From Orbicella franksi (Eukaryota), in contig OZ116712.1 of NCBI GenBank assembly GCA_964199315.1, forward strand, positions 62,001 through 126,000: a DNA stretch of 64,000 bases. The letters run 5' to 3'. The translations under genes and the position numbers were made by a program. The notes under the pieces were generated by a model that did no database searches, was not told where the DNA came from, and saw only the letters and a program-made list of their open reading frames with translations. Each line of letters starts with the position of its first letter. The first letter of the stretch is position 1. Below are positions 28,441 through 41,300 of the stretch, one piece after another.

Positions 28441-29328
28441 ATGATGGAAGCTATGAATCCTGGAAATCCTGCAGCCGCTATGGGAGTTGGAAACCCGCAA
28501 ACACAAGGCCATCCTATGGACGACGGCAAAAGCAAGCAGGCGAAAGAGAAAGTTTACCGCCGCAGTTACACGCACGCTAAGCCACCTTACTCTTATATTT
28601 CGCTCATCACCATGGCCATTCAACAGTCGCCGAACAAGATGCTGACACTCAGCGAAATTTATCAGTTTATCATGGACCTGTTTCCGTTTTACAGACAAAA
28701 CCAACAGCGGTGGCAGAACTCCATACGACACAGCCTCTCGTTTAACGACTGCTTCGTCAAAGTGCCTCGTTCACCCGACAGACCTGGTAAAGGAAGCTAC
28801 TGGACGCTGCACCCAGACTGTGGCAATATGTTTGAGAACGGCTGCTACCTCCGCAGACAGAAACGCTTCAAGGCGGATAAAAAGCCTAGCCTGAGTGACC
28901 TTCCAAAGCCCGGATTGCTGAGCCCGGTCGTATCTTCGATGCACCATCAAAAAGTTCAGGGACCCAAGAGTTTAGGAGCGCCAAGCTTTCTTGCGCCGTC
29001 TCCTTACAGTGCTATGAGTGCCATGGGAGCTATGGGTGCAATGGGTATGGGAGCTATGGGCTCAATGTCTATGAACAAATCATTTAATCATCCATTCGCC
29101 ATCAAGAATATCATCGCGTCCGACCATGAAGCCGACCTCAGAGGCTTTGATCCCATGCATTTCAGCCCTTATCATCCAGCGGGAATGTCTTCATCTATGA
29201 CATCTCTAGGACTGCCAAAACCTTACGACACAAACCCCATTACAACAGAGCCTAGTCCTTACTACCAAGGTTGTGTGTTTACACCGTCCAGTTGCGCGGG
29301 AATTGCTGGATTTTCAAACCTTTCATAA
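28441..29328 (+). CDS. FoxA: Forkhead box protein A (FoxA/HNF3), single coding exon, 295 aa
   Basis: FoxA-diagnostic [23 protein letters not shown]...[54 protein letters not shown] (forkhead domain about 28576-28875). An eh1-like HPFAIKNII lies at 29089-29115, and there is a C-terminal YYQG motif. The ORF is uninterrupted from ATG to TAA. Confidence 0.98.
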   Translation: MMEAMNPGNPAAAMGVGNPQTQGHPMDDGKSKQAKEKVYRRSYTHAKPPYSYISLITMAIQQSPNKMLTLSEIYQFIMDLFPFYRQNQQRWQNSIRHSLSFNDCFVKVPRSPDRPGKGSYWTLHPDCGNMFENGCYLRRQKRFKADKKPSLSDLPKPGLLSPVVSSMHHQKVQGPKSLGAPSFLAPSPYSAMSAMGAMGAMGMGAMGSMSMNKSFNHPFAIKNIIASDHEADLRGFDPMHFSPYHPAGMSSSMTSLGLPKPYDTNPITTEPSPYYQGCVFTPSSCAGIAGFSNLS

Positions 29329-32300
29329 ACTACACATATTTATCCTTACTCGGGACTTCGTACGTTTTAATTATGTTATGTGGGCCTCAGGACTGAGCTG
29401 CCTGTAAATTGAGTTATCTGTTAAGATACATTTTGCCAGTGTATACGAATTAATACTTAAATTCCAAGGTGATTTCGATGATTACATGTCAAATAGACGT
29501 TTTCTCTCGACTAAAGAGAACCATAACATTAGCGTAAAATCGGAGAATTTTATCAAAGTTAAAGAAAATTATAGAAAGTGTAATATAGCTTGTACTATTC
29601 CATTCAGTCGCCGTGCTCAGCGTGATTATTGAGTATTTTGACGAGAGTAAATGTGTAAATCAAAATATTTTGAAACTGAATTAATAAGAAGCCATGATCG
29701 TTTTAAGTTATGTTTGGTGCAATTGAGAATTAAGAGCATATGCTGTGAAGTCGATACGTTATAGTTTAGTGTTGTTTTGCTGCTGGGCAAAGAATAGCAA
29801 GAATTTTTTCTAAACTACCGAGTTATTCGGTAAAGACTGCTCTTGTGGTTAGCGGTTCGCATGTCAACTGTGTATTTAACACTACATTTACCATTATTTA
29901 TACAAGCAGGGAGAGGTTTTGTAAATTTACAGTCTTGCCCAAATAGCAGTTTGTTAGTTCAACGAAATAAATTTTTAACGAAGAGTTTTCTTGACGTATT
30001 CATTGTTTTCCCTGTCGCCATTGCAGTAACTTGAGGTTGTTGAGAAGCGAGTCAAATTAATTATTTATCGGCTGGCAGCGAAGCCAACAGCCTTCCAAAT
30101 GCCAGCTTTTTTAATTAAAAGTAATCAACAGTTCGACATTTCTCGTAACAGTTTTGACAAATACTTGGCAAACCTAGCTATAACATTTAAGAACACGATT
30201 ATCAAGCCTGACTGAATGAACTGTTGCGCGCGAGGGTTGTAGTACAATTCCCGCGCCCGCCGTGAAATGATCTCAGTATGGGCCCGGTTCAAGCCAACTG
30301 AAAAGTGTGGCGGTAACATTACGAAGTGTGAAAACCACTTTACTCTCAGTAATCGAATTTGAGAGACTTTTTCCTGGATAAAACATGTAGTAAAGGTGTT
30401 AAAATAGCTCACCGATGACTAGCGGTCCCTTTGAAATTCCTCTCTGCATCATCTGTATCCCTTTCTCTAATATTCGGCCCAAGTTTGTTTTTTCTTTCTT
30501 TTACAACATTGATATCTTAAAACAGCTTGCCTTTTGCTTACAGAAAATAGCCTATAGCGGCTTGGTCTTCAACGATGTGATGATAGATTAGGGTCTATAG
30601 CGCGTACCTGCGTCAAGTCAGCTCTAGCTTTCAAAACATTCTAAACATAGATCTTCTTGAATGATTCTAACAGTCAACACGCCAATCTTTTGCAAACTTT
30701 GGAACTTGTGTTTGGAGAAGTCCTCTTTCAGGAGATCAAATTTCTTGAAAGGGTTCTTAACTGCCCAAAGTCGACTGAGTTGTTAGTTTAAACACCAACC
30801 TGTATACACAGAGCTGAGGCATGCATTATTAGATCAAAAAATACATTCAGTGATTGATGACTGTAGGGCAGTTCGTGTCGGCCGCCCAAACTAAGTTTTC
30901 TTCTTGTTATTTCGTCGCGAAGCTTAAGACAAAGGTTAGATGGAACCTTGTGAGACATTCCAAGGAGTTATAGAGGAATGAGGCTGAGTTCAAGGTAAAG
31001 TAAATACATTTTGCTATTACTCGTGTAGGTCTTCGCTGTTCTTCTGGCTCAAGTGAATTTCCGTGGGAAAAAGCGGTCTTCTCTTTTGAGTTTAGTAAGC
31101 GGTCGGCGACCGTTTTACTCAGTTTTGCTAATTCGCAACATGTTAATCACCTACTTCTATTGTTTCTGACTTTCGGACACTCTTCACCTGGGTAAACGCT
31201 CGATCGGTTTTACTGTCCGCGTTTTAGTGCGCTTTGCACAGCTCTTGCGCGGCTCTATTTCGTCACGTAAGCGGATTAAAAGCTGCTGAAGGGAAACTTG
31301 GCAATGAGAATCGACGTAAGAATATCAAGACATGCTTTTTTCGAATTCAAATTGCTCCTGAATTTTGTGAGTGGTGAAGTCATGATGAGGTGGCAGTCTA
31401 TTCGCCGCAGATGAATGTCAATTCCGCCATCGTGCCGAGATTCTACCCTGCTCGCAAAACGCTATCCGCCGGCCATCGACTTTTATGATGCGCTTTACAT
31501 CGAAGCCGAGAGATTACTAGGTTAAGTCGTCTGGAGAGCTCCCGCATGAACACATCTGTTCAGGTACGTTTATCACTCGTATTAATGGTAGGTCCGTACT
31601 GCTCGCCGTGCGTTAAACAGTAAACCCGATATTTTGCTCAAACCTGTGAAATAAGTTTCGTGTCAGAGTCGCTTCTTTCTCGAGGAGTATTTTCAAGGAT
31701 CGATTCAAAAAGGACCAGAGAAAAGGGAATCATAGCATCATTAAAAGTGTAATATGTTTATCACCTAAGGTCGGCAAAATGAACGTTTAGGGAAGCCGGA
31801 AGGTGCTATTCAGCAATTGTTCTCCTCCGCCTTCATCTCAAAGAGAAAAGAAAAAGAGCTTTACGAATCTCGATCGGGCTTTACAGAAATTATCTTCAAA
31901 AATTTGCCTCAGGCGTTTTGGTGGAGGAGTGATGCGGTGAAGAAAAGTTTAAACGAGTTTAGCTAAGTAACTAATTTAAACTCGCTTTATCCCACAGTCG
32001 AATATCAAAGGCCCCGAAATCTTTTAATCAAACTATCATACGCCCCGGCCTGTGAGCTGGCGGCATTTCTTTCTTAGTTTTAAAGGAATTCAATCGAATT
32101 TTAAAATGTCGGGAAGAAGCGATGGTTGTATGTTGATTTGGAAACAATGGGCTTTTGTTCTGTTCGTATTAGGGTACATGAGTTATAATTATGGAGCACG
32201 TTATGTTCAAAGCTGGGTCAAGTTATTTCGTGTTTTCATATCGGATGAAAATGCCAGATTTTCAGCGGCATTTTCAATCGTCTTTACTGACTTGTAATTG

Positions 32301-35300
32301 TTATTAACGTTCGAGTAAAACTGTATTGAATAGCCATGTTTATGTGTTTCCTTTTTCTATCGGTACACGACGGCAAAAGCAAGCTTCTCCTATTGAATCC
32401 ATCAGCAAAGAGTTTATGAAGAGCAACAGAGAAATGATATAATGAATCACGTATTTATTGCCACCAAAATCTCTCGATCGAAGAAGTAACGAGATAACTA
32501 AATGCGAAGATGAAAACACTATTCAAGATGATACATTTTCAAACATAGGAGAATCCGTCGTGTTTCATGCCTTTAGGGTTTCGTGACCTGATCGATTTAA
32601 CTCGCTTTAAATTCTCTTAGTTTACAAGTGGTTTACAATGGTTTTCATTTGGTCTTGAAACGCGAAAAATAAGCCCAATGAGACGAAACACGGAAAATAT
32701 CTTTGTTGGTTAAGTGGCTTTTTATAGTTCATCTTGAATTTCATGAGTTTTGTCTTGCCAAAAGGTTTAAGCGATAAGGGCGCAATTTATTCAGGCAGCT
32801 TTCGTCTTTAGTGTAGGGCATAATTCAGTATCTGACTTCACTCTAGTGAAAATGAAAGTGTCGCTTTTGAAGCATCTGTAAAAGCTGCTTCGCGATAAAA
32901 TTCAGCGCGTGATTGTCATGGAAAATGCGGCGGGCAGGTAGTTCGGCTGTCGTCCGTCGCAGTCGACCTAAATTTCCTTTTGATCTTATCTAAGTTCGTT
33001 GCTGCATTAATTCATTTACGATGGGAATTGTGTGCAAACTTAGGAATTGACGTTAGAAGATGATTGCTTTCATCAAGGGCAGACTTAGACAGATTAATTT
33101 CGAAGATGGCACCAAGATGTTTTGAGGTCAGCTTGAAGATGGCCTCGCCAAAATGGCGTGCAAATTCATCCGGTGAGGTTGCAATTTAAGCCTTCGTAAT
33201 ATTCATTGAAACATTGGTTTAATAAACGAAACTTGAAACTAAATCGATATTTTCTCAAAGAGGTTAGAGACACGCGCCCGACTTGAGTAGAGGGCGAGTG
33301 AATGATTATCAATCGTTTTAGTGAACAAACATCACGGCCACCCATATCGGTTAAAGCGAAACCATGCAGCTTGTCTTTGCTTCCAAACGTATTTTCTTTG
33401 AGGTCAAAGGCGTGTTTAGCTTCCAAACCTGAAATAATAGGTGTGTCTGAAAAGTGAAAACCTTCCCGGTAGCATCTGTTGTTTGGACTCGTGTTTTTTC
33501 GACTCGACGAGATTAGCGTTCAGGAAGGAAGTTTCGAAAATGAGCTGAGGAAATGGCGACATTAGCGGCTACAGGGAGGGGAATGTAAAAGAGGTGCGGT
33601 GCCGGGTTAAACACTCGGACCGCTGTCAGCAAGGTCCTTGAGATATCAGAAAGTATTTCTGATAACAATACCCCAGATTTTCCCATCGCCAACGTAAACA
33701 TGAACGTATTTAGCCTTTGCACAAAATAACAAGGATTAAACTGAGGGTGTACAGTAAAAGGAGCTGTAGGCTGAACATATGCGCGGCTCTGAATTCAGAC
33801 GGACTCTGACATCTAAACTCTTCTATTCGGCGACTCAAGAGAATTTTCTTAAGTTCAGCTTAAAAACTAGGGATGTTATCATTACGTTCCACGATGCTAG
33901 TAAACAGTCACGACACAGACGAAGTATAAAAGTTTACAGTATAAACCAGTGATTCAACTTGATGAGTTAAATATTTGCATGTTATATAGTTAACTGCTGG
34001 CAAAGGGAAAATATTGTTAAGTACACAACTCAGTTAACTGACTAAACTATAAATGTTCACTACAAGCAGGGTCTCTGTCAAGGAGCCCGGTGTTGTTTTA
34101 TTCAAATCTAAAGACTAGCAAGACATTTCCGCTCTTTGTGACTCGATTCCAAACAAGTATGAAGCGAAGAAAGTCTCAGAAGCTGAGAGCCAGCTTCTCA
34201 GTTACTAGGTTTTTACTACCACAATTATGGATTTCTCAAGTCTTCCTTTTTTTTGCGGTTTAGCGTCTAAATGGCGGAGAATTCTTGTTGGTGATCGAAA
34301 GTAAACTTGAGATGCTGTGAAAGCGATATGCTTAATGGATACTGGTAGTACACGTGGGAACAAGAAGCACAAAAGAACCTAAAAGGTATGGCAAATGGTG
34401 TTTTGATATTTATCAAGTTCTGTGCACAGTCTATAGAAACCTAATCGAGCTTAATCTCATACCCTTAGCTGTTTATAAACTGCTTCCCTGACTGCGGCGA
34501 AGCTTGTTGTTATCATGGTAATATCTGCTTAAGAGGAAGCGAACCAGCAGAAATCTCTCTCGTTTATAATAATCGTGTTAAATGTTACTCGTTGTTAAAT
34601 TGCACTCATCTTTTGCTTCGGTGAAATTCTAAGGTTCATGCTGGGTTTTAGCAGGAAGACAACGTTAAACCCGATAAATTGAAACAGAGTCCTGTTATGT
34701 TACGTGAAAGTTGGTTTTGTGCTGCAGTAAAATTATCCTGAATTTGGTATTGCTCGTAACAAGATTTGTCATATTACATCAACTAATTACTTACGAGAAT
34801 CGGTATTTTCAGGCAGATTTTACATTTCCACGGGCTTAAAATTCAGTGGCCTCTTATAATTCTTTTTGGGGAATAAGGTAATAGTAAATTCAATGTTGGA
34901 CCTGTCTAATTACTGAAAATGCTTAGATTTGGGGTACAACTGTAAACCGAAGGAGCTGTAAAACAGTCTTGACATGCAACAGCTTTTGTAGGTTATTACC
35001 GACACAGTTGTTCCATAGCCGTCTCTGAACGGTCAAATTTGCCCTGTCTAGGAGAACATCTTTTAGCCCCAGAGTAAATTTTCTTCTGATCTTTTGAAAA
35101 TGTCATCTGTGCTTTGAAGAAGGGCAGTAATTATTTATCTGGCAGAACGTATAGCAAACAAATAAACATGGCCGAACATGTCTGTTTGATCATTGGGCAA
35201 GGTTGAAGACATGGTTACAATTGCTAAAGATGACAGCGTTAAAGATGAGACCAAACAAGCTTTAGTCAAGAAAAAAGTCAAATTAATCTGGAAAACGTTT

Positions 35301-38300
35301 TGGGAAAATTTTGGAAAAAATTCGGCTGTTTTCTTTGAGAGTAGCAGATTAGATGGAGGAAATTATGTGAGCACATGGGCATTATCTTTGGGCGTGGGTT
35401 TTGAAACTCCGAGAAAGGTAGGATTCTATCTGAACAGCTCTTAATACTTTTTCTAGCTGAAATTTTAAGAACTGTAACTCAGTATTACATAGAGAAATTT
35501 ATACGGCTGCAATGGTGTTGACCTTAGCGATGAAACTTTTTGTTTTAATTCTCAAAACATTATGAGCTAAGAAGATCTGTCTCGCAAGAATTAAACTGTT
35601 TTCCCAGCTGTCGCCGTAAAATCGCAATTTCCTTTTCACTCGAAACTTTTTTTTCTGCGATGTCAGATTTCAGGAAAAGTTTCGTTCGACAGTGAAAAAT
35701 TGTGAGTGGTATCTTTAAAAAGATTACACAGTCAGTTTTGGTAATAATATTTGCAAGAGAACAAATTTTTTTCTTTCTAAAGAAAGGGCTATTCCACGCG
35801 AATGACATGTTTACACAGTGTCTTTCAAGAGATGAGTTTCTAACCCATATTATTCTGCGCTCATTTTAAATTTTGCCTTGGATTAAAGACCTTTTTCAAT
35901 TCTTTTAGCATGCCCATACCCTATAATCTACTCATTTGTTATTTGGCAATTTTTAATGTAAGAAATCTGCAGTATTTCACAGGGTTGGATGTTTGAAAAA
36001 CAAGCCAAGTCTTATGCATTTGGCGGGTGTTTGTAGAGGCTTAAAGCGGATAAAAACTTGCTTGGCAACCGCGATATTACAGGCGCGAAAGATGACCTTA
36101 AAATGGTTCGCGTAATATTCTGCTGCTAAAAAGGAAATTTAGTTTTCCCCTGAGCGTTTCTAAATGAAATTCAGTGGTAAGTTCCTTCTACCAAGTGTTT
36201 AAGAACTTTTTAACATAATGTTGTTATTGTTGTTTCTCGGAGTATTTTCAATACGTTTAATTTGAGCTAATCCATTTTGTTACCTTTCAGGTTTAAAGAG
36301 CTTTCGGGGCCTACAGGAGAAAGCAGTTAACAAGTGATACGATATGTGGTCTGTGCTTAGTGACGGTATTAACATCGAACAAATGCAGGAAATATACAAC
36401 TGAGTAGAAAAATAAGAAAAGTAAAAGACAAGACGCTAGACAAAATCGAAACTTAAAGAGAGATGTCGTGCAATCCCGATGAATCTATGCACGTCCGTCA
36501 TCTGAAAATAACAGGCAGATAATTGTATTAAGTTATTTCGTAGTGCGCCAAATATTCGCCTCAAGGCAAGCCTCTCTGGATTATGTGATCGAGAAAGAGA
36601 GTTTTCTAATCCGTAAATCCTAGAGTCAACTCCATGAGATTAAAATAGCAAAGTTTAATTCAGGGTTTAGACGTTGCATCGATGAAAAATAACCCTCATT
36701 TATTTGATAGTGATTCCATTTATACAATTCGAAATTTTTCGCATTACGTTTGTACAGAACTGTTTGGGGGAAATTTGTGACAGAACCCATCTACTTGTTG
36801 TCTTTTATTTGTAGGAGTCTTTCGCATCGTGTTTCCTTCAATTCAAACCATATCAACTCGCCTTGTTTACAGTTGTCCTAGCTGTTGAACTTCCTGCGTA
36901 GTTTAACCTCCAATTTTCGCAGTAAAACCATGAAGGCTTTTTTTTTCTCAAATAAGTACCAGAAGTAAAGGAAATCATTGAAATTCTTATGGACGTAATC
37001 AGAAGGTTCGTACTTTCGTTTCTAGCGTGATGTGCTTCAGGTCTTGTGCGCGACGCGGCGGAGAGAGAAAACCTTTGTGACCCACCCAGATGAAAAAACT
37101 AAATAAATCGTTTGTGTGAGAGTATAAAGTACTTTAAACTCAGTTGTTTTCTGTCGAGTTAACCTCTCGAATACAAACAGTGAAACGTGAAACAGTTGAC
37201 TCAAATTTCCCTTCGATAAATAGTTAGGAAAATATTTTCTCGCCTAACAAGCTAGGTTAGTTTATGTTGACTTTGTTTTTGTGTTCTCGGTAGATCATTC
37301 AGTTGAGCTTGCAGGAATATGACTTGGTTGTAATTCAGTTTTCTTTTCAGTTTTCAAAAAGGGATACTCCAAAGCAAAGAGATGAACTCTTTCCTTCCTT
37401 TAAGAAACAACCTTGCGACAAGTTTTGTTTTACTAGAATAATTTATGTGGCTTATTTTTTTTTTTTTTTCTGTAGTGTCGTGAGAATATTTGGAGAAAAT
37501 ATCTAAGAGAATATAGGAAAATACAGAAATAGGCCCAAAGAAATACGCAGCTGTCCCATTGAAATTTTAATTGAACATGACTTCTTTGACATCTCTTTGA
37601 CGAGGCGGCATTGAACGCGAAGGCGTCACGGAACTAACTGAGATTTTTTAAAACCTCGTAGTGGTTTCTAAGCGAGATATATTTCTGTAGTTTTGCTCTA
37701 TGTTCTACAAGACAACCGAAAGTAAAAACAGCTGTGATGGAATCTTAAGCAATGCATCCTCCGCTAAACATGACCTGCAAGTGGGTGTATCAAGATTGTC
37801 GCAATTTTGCCTTCGTTTTCCATTTATTTTCTAGACATCTCTGGTAGTAACGGTCAGCAGGCTAAACCGTCATGAATACACACGTTGCTTTCATGCCAAG
37901 CAGGTTATAATAATGACAACATTTTGAAAAGGTTTTCGTCACTCCACAATACAAAGATTTGTTCATTCTATTTGTTCTCAGAGCAGTTATGTTCGCACGG
38001 AAAAGTGAAGGTAGAAGGTAAAGTCACCAAGTAAACATGATATCGAATTTAAAGAATTTGTTTTCTATGAGGAAGACAGTGGCAACACACCAATTGCACC
38101 GATTGAAACAATGTCAGCAGCTTTTGGGATCTAAATCATTGCCGTGGTACAATTCGTTCACCGTGGAAAAATCTCGTACCCATTAAAGTACTAAAACAAA
38201 AATATGTCCGAGATTGTTTTGTGTATGTATTTGAGTAACAATATATGTTGTATGGATATGTAGACGTATGAATGTGAAATAAGTTAATAAACATTGATAT

Positions 38301-41300
38301 ATATGGCGAATTAGCTAAACCAACTGACTGAGCAAGCAAAAATTGTTTTAGTTTCTGCAGTTTATTTGGGATGTGAATATTAGCTGGCTCCTGCAAGTTT
38401 CGTCCACGGTTTTTTCCTATAAATGTTACGAAATACCCATTTTAAAGTCCCATTAGAGCTCAAGCAGTACCTTAATCCGGGCTATGAGCGTCAGCAGTAA
38501 AAGTTGAAAGTGTAATATCAAGCAGAGAGAAGAGTGTTGAATGGTCTAAAGTAAGCTAAAATGTTTGGCCTTGTCTTTGACAGCCTTAAAATTAAAAGGA
38601 GACATTGCCAAGAAGAGAGGAAAACATTAAGTTCACTCATTATTTTAACCTGAGAGTTAAAACTATATCAAGTAAAGAAACATATAAGGCTATTTTGATG
38701 TCAAGTTTCAGTTTTCAACAAAAATTCTTTTCAGAAAGTTCATATTTTTTGGAAGGCCAAGCCGCCTTTTATAGTCTCATAGTTTGTTTTTATTAACCTT
38801 CAAGATCAATATATTTGTGTGCACACAATATTTCCCTAGAAATGGCATTTTTAATTTGTGTGTTTGGTGTCGAGTGATGAAAAATTCGTTCTTTTCTAAT
38901 TGCATTTTCAATTATAAAACTTATTTGCTGAGGTGCTCTCTGGGAGATGTTCATTTCTGTTTTTCATTTAACCAGCACCTGTCTTGAATTTAATGGATTT
39001 CATTTGCCAAGTGTATTACTTTAATGCCAGCACTAGATAAGATTTTTCCTGATATTCCCAGTGATGATGTATACTTAGAATGTCTTGAATAATCAGCTTA
39101 AGAACCGAAATAGATAATCTTTTTAAGTTCGTTTCTGCTTTAGCCAAAAAACAACAGATAACAATATTTCCGGGCAAGAATCTTAGACAAATCGCTATAG
39201 CTTGAAATCTTATATTTGCAAAATCGTTTTTTTTTTTGCGAGCCATTTCAAAAAAATTTTGGAAACCTGAAAAGTCATGTACGATAAAAATTACGAGAAA
39301 ATAAAACAAGGTATTGCTACTCAAGCAAAGTGAAAACAAGTAATTTTTAGGATTGTGTTTGTTCTCAGTAAGATGTGTTTCGTATTTCCCATGCTATTAG
39401 AACTGCCCTACTGGCAGACAGAATTGCTAAGTCCTCTTCTCTTACGAAAACTAATTTCCGAACACAATTAACATAGTTTAAACATTTTAATCTGCGTCAT
39501 AAGCCCAATTTATTGAAAATAAGATGTAGCCTTACAACGGATGAACCAAGATATTAAATGACAGCGTAAAATTACATTTTCTGAACTCCGTAATATACAA
39601 GGGAAAATCAAATGTCTCACGAAAATATCCTGTTACAAAAGGTGCGTATCTGAGCATTTTTTGTTGTTGTTGTTCTTTTTTGCCAATTCAATAAATGGAA
39701 GTAAAGGGCACAGTTGTATACTAAAGAAGGCCAAATTATACAGCAAAAAATGAATATGTAAAATCTTTTAGGATGATATCGAATAAAAGACGCTTTTGAC
39801 TGACGAAAAATATCTATTATAAAACATAGATTTCAGAACTCTAAAAATTTTCAGTTTGCCCTTTCCCTTAAGAACGGGGTATTAAAGAGGGCCCGTTTAC
39901 TGGCAGTGTCTTATACAAGCCAAGATAAGGCACTTAGAGAACAGTTTAAAATTGCCACGTCTCTTCAGAAACTTATTCTCCGAAAACGATTGCTTAATAG
40001 CTAGTAGGAAGGATGTGTATGGATGTGTAAAATGATCCCATGCTTCCCGCCTTTCAATGTGGTTCGCCCATTGTTCCACGGAGGAAGACCTTAAAAGCTT
40101 TTCCTTTGTTGTGGCTGATAAACATTTCTTCTTATCTGTTTAAACTTAAACGAATTCGCAGAAAGTTAGTAAAAGGAAGACTTTCGATCCCTACTACTTT
40201 GTTTTGACTTTAAACTGTCTTTTCTTCATTGTAATTTGGCCACAACTCTATCTGTATGCGGGAACTTGCTACAAAAAAATAGACTCGACCCAAGACCGCA
40301 GCTGTGACAATAGGTCAGTCTCCAGGCACTTAACTAATTTGGTAGTCAGCGCAAAAAAATGAGTTTTCAATTTCCTGCTTGCTAGAGCAAGCCAAAACTA
40401 GCTAACAGAGTTCCCACGTTCAAGAAAGACAAGAGAGAAAGTTAAGCTAACTTAAGCCTCACCACTGTAGTTAAAAGTTTTCCTTTTGTATTTCACGTGT
40501 TTGCCGCTTTGTTTTACAAAATTGTCTTTACAACGCTAATCCCATCGTTGTAAAGAACTAGTTGAAGCAATGAAATTGTAATAAACCACAATTTATCTTA
40601 CAGCCGTTGGTTGTTCTTTGTCTCTTTATTGTTAGTACATTACTTTCTTTGTATTAATATCAGTTAAAACGCTATTTCTCCAAAGAAAAGTAGACCGATT
40701 TTCAATCATACATTACAGCCAAGTTTCTAGCAATATCCAGCGATCATTCAGTGAGGCGTACACTGCTTCTCCGTCCCTTAAACCCGGAACTTTTCGATTT
40801 CTGTTGTCATATAGAGGTGTGAGGTCGGTTTTAATTACAAAATTGTCCTATTATGCCTTTTCAAAAGCCTTTGAATCGGAGCCTAATATTCGCGGTGATG
40901 TTCTGATTATTGGTAAATTCGCTACACAATGGGCGCTTTCTGTCAATTAATTTGCAGTAGAGTCTTTGTCGGTACAAACAGAAAACGTGATCAAATAAAA
41001 CAACTGAGATCTCACCACGATGTAGCAATCTTAAAGCAAATGGTTTGTTTTACATTTCTGCTTGAAATGAAATGGAAATACCGATCAAAATAATTATTCT
41101 CTCGTTTAAATGATAATGAATCCAGGCTACTCATCGTTAGGATGAAACACTGGGAGTTTCGTATAAGTGATGTTTGATATATTACTTACCTAAAAACACT
41201 TGAAATTGTATAAAAGCAAATTTCGCTGCGATTATGAACAGGGATGTTTTTTTTTCTTGAAGACAGTCGAAGTTTTTGCAAAACTTAATAATTTCCGACA

